64,000 bases of DNA from Gaiellaceae bacterium (lineage in GTDB: Bacteria; Actinomycetota; Thermoleophilia; Gaiellales; Gaiellaceae): positions 4,316-68,315 of the forward strand of contig DATBDB010000169.1 in NCBI GenBank assembly GCA_036270155.1, written 5' to 3'. This document shows positions 8,723-18,816 of this stretch, in pieces. The translations under genes were made by a program, and so were the position numbers. Below the pieces are notes generated by a model, which worked only from the letters and a program-made list of their open reading frames with translations, was not told the DNA's origin and searched no databases. Every line of letters starts with the position of its first letter. The first letter of the stretch is position 1.

Positions 8723-9726
8723 CCGTGAAGGCATTGTTGACCGGGGGCGCCGGCTTCATCGGCTCCCACCTCTCTGAGTTGCTGCTCGAAAACGATGACG
8801 AGGTCTACGTGCTCGACGATCTGTCGACCGGATCGGTTGAGAACGTCAGCCATCTGCTCGACCGTCCGGGGTTCCACCTTGTCGTCGACAGCGTGTTGCA
8901 TCCTGCGGTTGTCTGCGAGCTCGTCCACAAGGTCGACGTCGTCTATCACCTTGCTGCAGCTGTCGGCGTGAAGACGATCGTGGAGCAGCCGGTCCGAACG
9001 TTGCACGTGAATCTCAAAGGCACAGAGACGGTTGTCGATGCGTGCTCGAAATTCGACAAGCCGGTCCTGATTGCGTCCACGTCGGAGGTGTACGGCGACC
9101 ACCGCACGGAGACGCCGCTGCGGGAGGATGCACGGCGGATCTATGGATCCACGACGCAGAAGCGTTGGGCGTACGCGGACTCGAAGGCGATGGACGAGTT
9201 CCTCGGGCTTGCCTACCACGAGGAGCACGCGCTCCAGACGGTGATCGTCCGCTTGTTCAACACGGTCGGGCCGAGGCAGACAGGCATGTACGGGATGGTC
9301 GTCCCGCGGTTCGTGGAACGCGCCCTGCGCGACGACGTGATCGAGATCTACGGCGACGGACTGCAAACCCGCTGCTTCTGTCATGTGAGCGACACCATCC
9401 GCGCTCTCCGCGATTTGATGGCCGATATCGATCGCACGACCGGCCAGATCTACAACGTCGGGGCGCCGAACCAGATCAGCGTGATCGGACTTGCCGAGCG
9501 GATCAAGCTGATGACCGGCTCGGGCTCGCCCACCGTTCACGTGCCATTCGCGGAGGTCTACGGCTCCGGCATCGACGACATGCTTCATCGCGTTCCGTGC
9601 GTCGACAAGGTGCGCGACGCGATCGGGTGGCTCCCGATGCGCACGCTCGAGGACATCCTTCGCGACGTGATCGAGCATGCAACCGCGCCGGTCGCGGCCG
9701 GCGTACCTGCGGAGATCGCGGCCTGA
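8719..9726 (+). CDS. NAD-dependent nucleotide-sugar epimerase/dehydratase (extended SDR)
   Basis: TGGAGFIGSHL, STSEVYG and YADSK. ATG at 8719 overlaps the GT2 stop (ATGA). AAGGAG RBS. Confidence 0.85.
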   Translation: MTVKALLTGGAGFIGSHLSELLLENDDEVYVLDDLSTGSVENVSHLLDRPGFHLVVDSVLHPAVVCELVHKVDVVYHLAAAVGVKTIVEQPVRTLHVNLKGTETVVDACSKFDKPVLIASTSEVYGDHRTETPLREDARRIYGSTTQKRWAYADSKAMDEFLGLAYHEEHALQTVIVRLFNTVGPRQTGMYGMVVPRFVERALRDDVIEIYGDGLQTRCFCHVSDTIRALRDLMADIDRTTGQIYNVGAPNQISVIGLAERIKLMTGSGSPTVHVPFAEVYGSGIDDMLHRVPCVDKVRDAIGWLPMRTLEDILRDVIEHATAPVAAGVPAEIAA

Positions 9727-9748
9727 ACCGGCGTCGGTTCGCACTGAG

Positions 9749-11899
9749 ATGAGCTGCCGCCTGACCTTCGTGTGCATTGGCCTCTTCGCGGTCGTCGGCG
9801 CGGGCCCTGCACATGCCGCCATCCAGGTGGCGATCACAGCGCCTCTGGCGCAAGCGAACGTCGGGGACGTTGGCGCAATCGTTCCCGTCAAGATCGACGC
9901 GTCTGCCGACCAGGGGATCTTCGGCGTGCAGTTGCTTGTCGACGGAACCCCATACGGGTCACTCGACACGACGCAGGTGGATCTCTACCGGTACGAGATC
10001 GCGTGGAACACCGCCGGCCTGGCAGTGGGCGCGCACACGCTCACTGTGGTCGCGACGGACTGGTCGTCGGTCGGCGGTGGCATTCAACTTACGTCGAGCC
10101 CGGTGACGGTGGACGTCGGACCCTCATATCCGACGATTGCGCTGACGGCCCCCGTCCCGGGCTCATCCGTTCACGGATCGATCGCGATCCGCGCGACCCA
10201 GACGAGCGCGGTGCTTCCCGCGTCGGTCACGTACTCGGTCGACGGGCAGCCGCTCCCGTCCGAGATCTGGGACACCACCACGACGCCCGACGGCGTCCAT
10301 TCCGTCTCAGCGACCGTGACAGACGGACGCGGTAAGACCGCGACCGCGACTGCGCAGGTGACCGTCGCCAACACGCCGGTGAACCTGCCGATCTCAGCGG
10401 TGCGCATCAGCGCGCCCGGCGACTACACCTTCGCGACCAACCCGACAACCGTCGTGGTATCGAATGTGACCGGCGGCACAGCCCCCTTCACCGGTCGGCT
10501 GCTGGTCGATGGTGTGGCGACGTCGCTCGTGCCCAACATCGTCGGAAGCACCCTGACTTTCCAATGGAGCACCAACGCACTGGTGGCGGGGTCGCACACC
10601 CTCACAGTTGGCGTCAGCGACGCGAGCGCGCTGACGGCGACCTCGCCGCCAGTCCACATCACAGTTGACAACGCGCCGCCGGTCGCGGTCATGTATCAGC
10701 CGTTGCCGTTCGCCGTGACCAATGGGCCGACGACGCTGCAGGTGCACGCGTCCGACGGCTACGGCGTCAAGTCGGTGCAGTTCACAATCGACGGGTCGCC
10801 CGTCGGTCCGCTGCTGACGACACCGGGCGCACCGGGCTCCTACCTCTACTCGACCATCTTCGACACGGCGACGTTGGCGGCCGGCTCGCACGCCGTTTCG
10901 GCAACTGTCGTCGATAACGCCGGAAATATCACCACAGCGAACCCCGTGTCGATCATGACGGGACCGGTCCAGACCGTGCCGGTGCTGAACTACCACGGGA
11001 TCATCGGGCCGCTCGATGCGAGCCCCGACATCTATGACCAGACGCCGGCGCAAGCCGACCAGGAGCTCGCGTATCTGAAGACGAACGGCTATCAGTCGCT
11101 GACCGTCGAGCAATACCAATCCTGGCTCGCGACGGGCTCCCTCCCGGCCGGTCTCACGAAGCCGGTCCTGATCACGGTCGACGACGGTCTCACCGACCAG
11201 TTGGCCTGGGATCCCCTCTTGCAGAAGTACGGGCTCACGGCCGTCCTCTACGTCGTCACGGGCTTTGCCGACAACAACACGCCGGGCGCAGACGACCCCG
11301 TCTCGAACATGTCGTGGCAGCAGATCCAGACGCTGGCCGGGAACGGGCGCTGGCAGATCGGGTTCCACGCCGGTCGCTACGGTCACGGGGAGTTCAGCGA
11401 CCGCACGAACACCATCACGCTCGCACCCGGGCAAGTCCAGCGCTACTCCGCCGCTTGCGGGAGCTACTACAGCTGCCTCGGCACGATCACCACGACCACC
11501 GGGTCGGGAGCGACCCGGCAGGTGACCACCGCGGCCGAGACGGCCGCTCAGCTCCAGGCGCAGGTCGCTGCCGAGATCCAGGCGGGCCTCGCCGAGCTCA
11601 AGCAACAGGTCCCGAGCGCCAGCCTGGCTTCTTGGGCGTGTCCCTGGAACGATTGCGGTCAATGGACGACCTTCTACAACGACCCCAGCGGCGCGGTCCA
11701 GTCCTGGCTGCCCGGATTCGCCTCGTCGACGTTCCCGATCGTCTTCACGCAGACGAATCCCGTCACGTATGCGCTCGCCTCGGGCACCGTCGGTGCGCTG
11801 AACGGCTTCCACCGGCGCTACCGCTTCGAGGTCCACACGGACACGACGCTCGCCCAGTTTGCCGCCGCCCTCGATGACACGGCGTTCGCGAGGCCCTAA
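9749..11899 (+). CDS. secreted Ig-like-repeat protein with a C-terminal CE4/NodB-type polysaccharide deacetylase domain
   Basis: Signal peptide MSCRLTFVCIGLFAVVGAGPAHA. Several repeats of about 90 aa (AGSHTLTV/AGSHAVSATV). PVLNYHGI and VLITVDDGLTDQ. Paralogue at 14635..16845. Confidence 0.8.
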   Translation: MSCRLTFVCIGLFAVVGAGPAHAAIQVAITAPLAQANVGDVGAIVPVKIDASADQGIFGVQLLVDGTPYGSLDTTQVDLYRYEIAWNTAGLAVGAHTLTVVATDWSSVGGGIQLTSSPVTVDVGPSYPTIALTAPVPGSSVHGSIAIRATQTSAVLPASVTYSVDGQPLPSEIWDTTTTPDGVHSVSATVTDGRGKTATATAQVTVANTPVNLPISAVRISAPGDYTFATNPTTVVVSNVTGGTAPFTGRLLVDGVATSLVPNIVGSTLTFQWSTNALVAGSHTLTVGVSDASALTATSPPVHITVDNAPPVAVMYQPLPFAVTNGPTTLQVHASDGYGVKSVQFTIDGSPVGPLLTTPGAPGSYLYSTIFDTATLAAGSHAVSATVVDNAGNITTANPVSIMTGPVQTVPVLNYHGIIGPLDASPDIYDQTPAQADQELAYLKTNGYQSLTVEQYQSWLATGSLPAGLTKPVLITVDDGLTDQLAWDPLLQKYGLTAVLYVVTGFADNNTPGADDPVSNMSWQQIQTLAGNGRWQIGFHAGRYGHGEFSDRTNTITLAPGQVQRYSAACGSYYSCLGTITTTTGSGATRQVTTAAETAAQLQAQVAAEIQAGLAELKQQVPSASLASWACPWNDCGQWTTFYNDPSGAVQSWLPGFASSTFPIVFTQTNPVTYALASGTVGALNGFHRRYRFEVHTDTTLAQFAAALDDTAFARP

Positions 11900-11997
11900 G
11901 GTGAGCACGACGGTCGAACCGGTTCGCCGCGGAGGGATTGCGGAGGCCGCCGTGTGTCGATAAGTGGTCAGTGGGTGCGGTCTCTCGGAGGGGATGA

Positions 11998-12678
11998 GTG
12001 GTCATGGCGTCCGGCATAACACGCCGAATCCGCATCCTGCTCGCGGACGACCATCCGTTGTTCCTTGTCGGCGTGCGCGCGACGCTCGAGGCGGATGGCG
12101 GCTTCGAGGTTGTCGGTGAGGCCCATTCCGGCCCGGAGGTGCTCCCTCTCGCCGGGCGCTCGCAGCCCGACGTGGTCCTGCTCGACATCGTCATGCCCGG
12201 CATCGACGGCCTTGGCTGCCTCGATCGCCTGCGGGATCGCTATCCGGAGATCATCGTCGTGATGTTCGCCGACGTCGCCGATCCTGGGCAGATCAATGCG
12301 GCCTTCGTGCGAGGGGCCAAGGGCTTCATCGTGAAGAGCGTGCGGGTGGCCGATTTCTCGGTTGCGATCCGGCAGATCATCGAAGGAACCGCGTATCAGG
12401 CGCTCGGCATGCCCGTGTTGAGCCCGGAGACGGTGGCTTCGGACGCAGGCCTGACGACGCGCGAGCTGGAGATCCTCCGGCGACTGATCCATGGGCTTTC
12501 GAACAAGGACATCGCTGCCGAGTTGTCGATCGCGGAACAGACGGTGAAGTTCCACCTGACGAGCCTCTACCGCAAGCTCGGAATCAGGAGCCGCACGCAG
12601 GCCGCTCGGTGGGCGCACGAGAACGGGATTCACCCGGGGGACCCGCCGGCCAGCCCGGTGGCGCCGCTGTCGAGGTAG
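11998..12678 (+). CDS. NarL/LuxR-family response regulator (canonical)
   Basis: ADDHPL, VLLDIVMPGIDG and FIVKS. LTTRELEIL...AEQTVKFHLTSLYRKL. Confidence 0.9.
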   Translation: MVMASGITRRIRILLADDHPLFLVGVRATLEADGGFEVVGEAHSGPEVLPLAGRSQPDVVLLDIVMPGIDGLGCLDRLRDRYPEIIVVMFADVADPGQINAAFVRGAKGFIVKSVRVADFSVAIRQIIEGTAYQALGMPVLSPETVASDAGLTTRELEILRRLIHGLSNKDIAAELSIAEQTVKFHLTSLYRKLGIRSRTQAARWAHENGIHPGDPPASPVAPLSR

Positions 12679-12827
12679 GGCGGCTGGCGTAAGCGCCAGG
12701 TGGGCCAGACCTCTGGGCGGTGGCCCCTGGACCTTCCTGTGGCTTGACTGTCTAGCGGTCGCCGTCGGTCGACGCTCGACCGAACTCGACCGAATCCTGC
12801 CATCCCCGCACAGGAGGTCTGCTGCCC

Positions 12828-13727
12828 GTGGTTCGCAGAGACTATTCGGCTGGTCCCACGTCCCGGCGCTACCCGCTTGCGCGCACACGGACGTCCCCGC
12901 TTCGGCTCGCACTGGCCATCGTCTCCTCACTGGTCGCCGCTACAGCGCTTGCCGCAGCCGGCCATACGTCTCCGACGACGACTTCGCCGGACGGCTCGAG
13001 CGCCTATCCGATGCACACCGGGATCGTCGGGACGACCTTCTGGGTCGGTGAGATCTTCAACGCGAACGCCGCCGACGGCTCCCAGGTCTGTTCGACCTAC
13101 GACTCCAACTGGGCGCTGCACTGGTCGGGCGGCGTCAACCAGGGCGCGTCGGCTCCCGGCACCGACTGCGCGGGCGCGCCTTACGGCGGCTGCGACGGCG
13201 TCCCGAGGGGAACGGGCGCCTCGTTCACGTGCACAACGGAGGCGCGGACCTCCGGCAACGGCAACTTCCCGACGAGTGCGTCGGTCCATCCGGCGGAGAA
13301 CCCCTTCTACCTGGATCTTCCCTACGACGACGTCAACGATGCGGCGGCGTTCGCCCAGCGTTGCAGCACGATCCCGTGGGCGTCGCAATATCCGGCCTCG
13401 TCCTGCCAGGACCCTCATTTCTCCTACATGAAGAACCATTGGGTGAAGCTCATCGGGGAGAACGGCAGCGTCTGTTACGGCCAGATCGAGGACGCCGGGC
13501 CGTTCACCTACAACGACACCACGTACGTCTTCGGCTCGGGAGACGCACGTCCGCAATCGGCCCAGGCGAATAACGCCGGCCTCGACGTGTCGCCTGCTGT
13601 CAACGGCTGCCTCGGCTTCAAGGAGCTCGACGGCGACACCGACAAGGTCTCCTGGCAATTCGTCGACGCATCACAGGTGCCGACAGGCCCCTGGACGCAG
13701 ATCGTCACGACGCGCGGCGTCTCCTAG
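12828..13727 (+). CDS. secreted protein of unknown family; the C-terminal half looks like a DPBB/RlpA-type barrel (inference)
   Basis: Signal peptide. Blocks conserved with the paralogue at 17011..17781: TxFWxGE, ENPFYLDxPY, PWAS, MKNxWVK, VCYGQxEDAGP, NAGxDVSPA, GPW..VTT. Confidence 0.7.
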   Translation: MVRRDYSAGPTSRRYPLARTRTSPLRLALAIVSSLVAATALAAAGHTSPTTTSPDGSSAYPMHTGIVGTTFWVGEIFNANAADGSQVCSTYDSNWALHWSGGVNQGASAPGTDCAGAPYGGCDGVPRGTGASFTCTTEARTSGNGNFPTSASVHPAENPFYLDLPYDDVNDAAAFAQRCSTIPWASQYPASSCQDPHFSYMKNHWVKLIGENGSVCYGQIEDAGPFTYNDTTYVFGSGDARPQSAQANNAGLDVSPAVNGCLGFKELDGDTDKVSWQFVDASQVPTGPWTQIVTTRGVS

Positions 13728-13983
13728 CCCGCGGTCCGCGATCGCCCCGTCGCCGCCCTACGGCGACAAGGCGATGCGGATCTGCAATGACCCTCGCCGA
13801 ACGTGTTTTCGCAGGCGTGAATGCGAAATAGCTGCCCTAGAAAACGAGCTTCGACCAGGTGGTTCACCGCTGCGGGCACCCGGCGAAGCGTGGACGTGGA
13901 GGTGATGAACAGGAGCTGCGCTCGACCTTCGATGTTGGACCGGGGGGTCGAAGGATGGTTCCGATCTCGGGCGCAGGCCGGCA

Positions 13984-14526
13984 GTGTTGTCCATTGCTGA
14001 GAGGGAGGTCAAGCCGGTGAGTAGTTCTCGGTCACGGCATGGCGAGGTTGAGAGTGAGCCCGCACGTGCGTCGCGCGACAGGCTGCTGAGGATCATGGTG
14101 GTCGACGATCAATGGATCCGCCGGGTCGCTGTTGCGGCCGCCCTGAAGGCAGATACCAGTCTCGAGATTGTGGGAGAGGTTCCATGCGGCTCCGACGTTC
14201 TGTCGCTCACGCGGTCGGCGGCACCGGATGTCGTCCTCCTCGGGACGCGCATCCCGAACCAGGACGGCCTCGGCTGTCTCTCGCTGCTGCGTGAGTGCCA
14301 TCCCGAGGTAAAGGTCGTCGTCTTCTCGGCCTCGGCTGATCTCGATCACGTCGAGGACGTGTTTCGCCTGGGAGCGTCCGGCTGCATTCTTTCGACGATT
14401 GCCCCCCTCGAGCTTGCAGCTGCGATTCGCAGGATCGTTGAAGCAGCCGAGTATCAGGCGAGCGCGCCGTTCCACAAGAGTGCGCCCGCGCACCTGTCGG
14501 GACTGGAGGCTCGAGAGCTGAACTGA
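13984..14526 (+). CDS. degenerate NarL-type receiver with truncated HTH; pseudo-receiver or pseudogene (start may be ATG 14095)
   Basis: VVDDQ pocket is kept, but VVLLGTRIPNQDG has Gly at the phospho-Asp position and ILSTI has no Lys. The ORF stops at LEARELN, where paralogues begin the HTH. Confidence 0.6.
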   Translation: MLSIAEREVKPVSSSRSRHGEVESEPARASRDRLLRIMVVDDQWIRRVAVAAALKADTSLEIVGEVPCGSDVLSLTRSAAPDVVLLGTRIPNQDGLGCLSLLRECHPEVKVVVFSASADLDHVEDVFRLGASGCILSTIAPLELAAAIRRIVEAAEYQASAPFHKSAPAHLSGLEARELN

Positions 14527-14634
14527 GCCGATTTCGGACGGTGGTGCACACGGCGCGTTCTTAGACGTTTGTCAGGTGGCTTCCCACTCGCGGGACTGGA
14601 CCCGCGCGACAGATGTCCGGCAAGGATCGCAGGC

Positions 14635-16845
<2,211 letters not shown>

Positions 16846-16854
16846 CCCGCGGTC

Positions 16855-17052
16855 TCAGGGCCAGAAGACTTGTCGCGTGGTGACGACGCGGCGCCCCAGC
16901 GGTACCGAGGGGACCGGGGCCGCCGAGGGCCGAGGACCTGTCGCGTGGTGACGAGCGGCGCCCAGCGAGAACCGAGCGATGCCTTTAGGGCCAGAAGACT
17001 TGTCGAGCCTTTAGGGCCAGAAGACTTGTCGCGTGGTGACGACGCGGCGCCA
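16855..17052. repeat. four direct copies (two good, two decayed) of the last ~40 nt of gene 17011..17781
   Basis: TCAGGGCCAGAAGACTTGTCGCGTGGTGACGACGCGGCGCC at 16855 and TTAGGGCCAGAAGACTTGTCGCGTGGTGACGACGCGGCGCC at 17011. A truncated copy lies at 16985-17006 and a diverged copy at 16927-16963. Confidence 0.9.
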
Positions 17053-17781
17053 GGGGCCGGGGGGAACCGCCGCCGCTTCGACGAATCGCCAGGAGAGCTT
17101 GTTCTCGTCGTTGTTCACGCCGGAGAACGCGAGACAGTCGCGGATTGCCGGGCTGACGTCCATGCCTGCGTTGTGCGCGAGACCGCTCGCCGGCCGCGCA
17201 TCGACACGAGAGAAGACGTAGTTGATGTCGTCGTAGACGTAGGGCCCGGCGTCCTCGACCTGTCCGTAGCAGACGCGCATCCGGCCGCCGGCAACGCGCC
17301 ACATCTTCACCCAGCGGTTCTTCATGAGCGAGAACGGTTTCCCCGTCTTTGCCGACTGCGCGAGCTGCGCCGCGTAGCGACTCGCCCACGGGACCGCCGT
17401 GCGATCGGCGCGCGGTTTCCCGTTGTCGGCGAAGTCGCTATAGGGCACGTCGAGGTAAAACGGGTTCTCGCGCGGCGTGAACGGAGGGAAATAGGGGAAG
17501 CGGCGCACAGACCGGTAGTCGTCGAACCCGCCGTAGTGCGCCTTCCACTTATCGTCATACGCAGAGAGTGCGTTGTCCTCCGACGAGCCATTGCCAACCG
17601 GCTCGCCGATCCAGAAGACCGTCGCCGTGATGTTCGAATGCACGGGATAGCTCACCGTGCTGTCGCGGGTGTGCGGAGCACCGAGTGCGGACGCGCTGCC
17701 TGTTGCCGCCGCAGCAGCAGCAGCGATTCCAAGGATCCGTGCACGACCGCGTGTCACCCCACGACCTTTGCCACCTTGCAC
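17011..17781 (-). CDS. secreted protein of unknown family, paralogue of 12828..13727
   Basis: Ala-rich signal-like N-terminus (RILGIAAAAAAATGSASALG). Same conserved blocks as the paralogue, ending VVTTRQVFWP. Confidence 0.75.
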   Translation of the reverse strand: MQGGKGRGVTRGRARILGIAAAAAAATGSASALGAPHTRDSTVSYPVHSNITATVFWIGEPVGNGSSEDNALSAYDDKWKAHYGGFDDYRSVRRFPYFPPFTPRENPFYLDVPYSDFADNGKPRADRTAVPWASRYAAQLAQSAKTGKPFSLMKNRWVKMWRVAGGRMRVCYGQVEDAGPYVYDDINYVFSRVDARPASGLAHNAGMDVSPAIRDCLAFSGVNNDENKLSWRFVEAAAVPPGPWRRVVTTRQVFWP

Positions 17782-17955
17782 GGGTCAGAAACCAGAAGGT
17801 CAGAGAACCTAGACGAACGTCCTAGAGGACACCGCGTCGCACTATTGAAGTCGATTGCATGACGCACCCCGGTGATGGTCTAATGGTGCTCGCGGCAGAG
17901 GGCCCGGAACGGCGGCGCCCTCATCGTTCTCGAGCAAAGGGTTGGTTGGTCAGCG

Positions 17956-18147
17956 GTGAATAACGAACGTCGAGCGGACGCCGGGCACCGGCCGGGGGCG
18001 CCGCGCCTGGTCGAGGACACCGACGGTGTTGCGAACCTCTACATCCCGTGCCCGGCTTGTCGCGCGCCGATCGCAGTCGACCGGCCGTTGGCGGCGTTGC
18101 CGCTGACGCTCACCTGCCCGGCGTGCTCCGCGGTCCTCGCCCGCTAG
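17956..18147 (+). CDS. MJ0042-like CPxC...CPxC zinc-ribbon miniprotein, paralogue of 5650..5835
   Basis: IPCPACRAPI...LTCPACSAVLAR at the C-terminus. Confidence 0.55.
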   Translation: MNNERRADAGHRPGAPRLVEDTDGVANLYIPCPACRAPIAVDRPLAALPLTLTCPACSAVLAR

Positions 18148-18470
18148 CGGGCTACTCCTTGACGAAAGCCCCACGGTCTCTCGACCTCCGGAGGGCCTGG
18201 CTGCGCGCGCGGGTTCGTACAGTCCGCGTATGCCCATCGTTAACCAATGCACGGTGCCCGGGTGTGCGACCCTCACCATGGGCGTTCGCTGCCTCGAGCA
18301 TGAACTTCCCGACTTCTTGTTCTTGTCGGCTGGCCGCCGCCCGCGGCGGCAACCGCGCGTAGCCCACCGCGCGAGGACTTTCGGCTAAAGCTTCGCAGGC
18401 GAGGGGGCCTGCGTTGACACTCGCCGTGGCCGCCGCCGCAAGCGGCTTCGGTGAGAGGGGCGATGAACAT

Positions 18471-18505
18471 AACGCGGTCGCGCAATGCCCTCGCGCGACC
18501 GCGTT
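18471..18505. other. perfect 13-bp stem hairpin in a long intergenic region
   Basis: AACGCGGTCGCGC / GCGCGACCGCGTT with a 9-nt loop. No clear U-tract on the plus strand. Confidence 0.4.
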
Positions 18506-18672
18506 CGCCTGCCGCCCCAAGGTCCACGTAGGACGAGTCGCTGGTCGAGGTGCGACCAGCCGATCGCATGGGGTGGAGCCTCGTGCTCGACCGAAGAATC
18601 AGCCATACCGGATCGAGCGATTCGAGGCAGTCGGCGGCTGCAACTCCCGCCCAAATCAAGCAAGGAGCATCA

Positions 18673-18816
18673 ATGAGCAACATCCAGGTCGCCGGCGCAC
18701 GGGCCCTTCCATTCACCGGACTCGCGACGCTCCCGATCCTGCTGATCGGAGCTGCGATCAGCCTCATCGGATTCGTGCTGATGATCCTCCGGCCGAAGCC
18801 GGCTCGTTCGCACTAG
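18673..18816 (+). CDS. 47-aa miniprotein that is essentially a bare LPXTG-type sorting signal (LPFTG + TM + basic tail)
   Basis: AAGGAG RBS at 18662-18667, ATG at 18673. MSNIQVAGARA-LPFTG-LATLPILLIGAAISLIGFVLMIL-RPKPARSH. The TAG stop directly abuts the sortase GTG. Confidence 0.65.
   Translation: MSNIQVAGARALPFTGLATLPILLIGAAISLIGFVLMILRPKPARSH

Noticed and set aside
17860-17955. tRNA-like fragment GGTCTAATGGT in the divergent promoter region
   Set aside because: I could build no acceptor stem, anticodon arm or GTTCGAATC-type T-loop around it.
18550-18672. Longer 88-aa version of the LPFTG ORF starting at 18550
   Set aside because: The extension has no signal peptide or RBS, whereas the internal ATG at 18673 has a near-perfect AAGGAG RBS. 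The short form is more plausible, though this is not proven.
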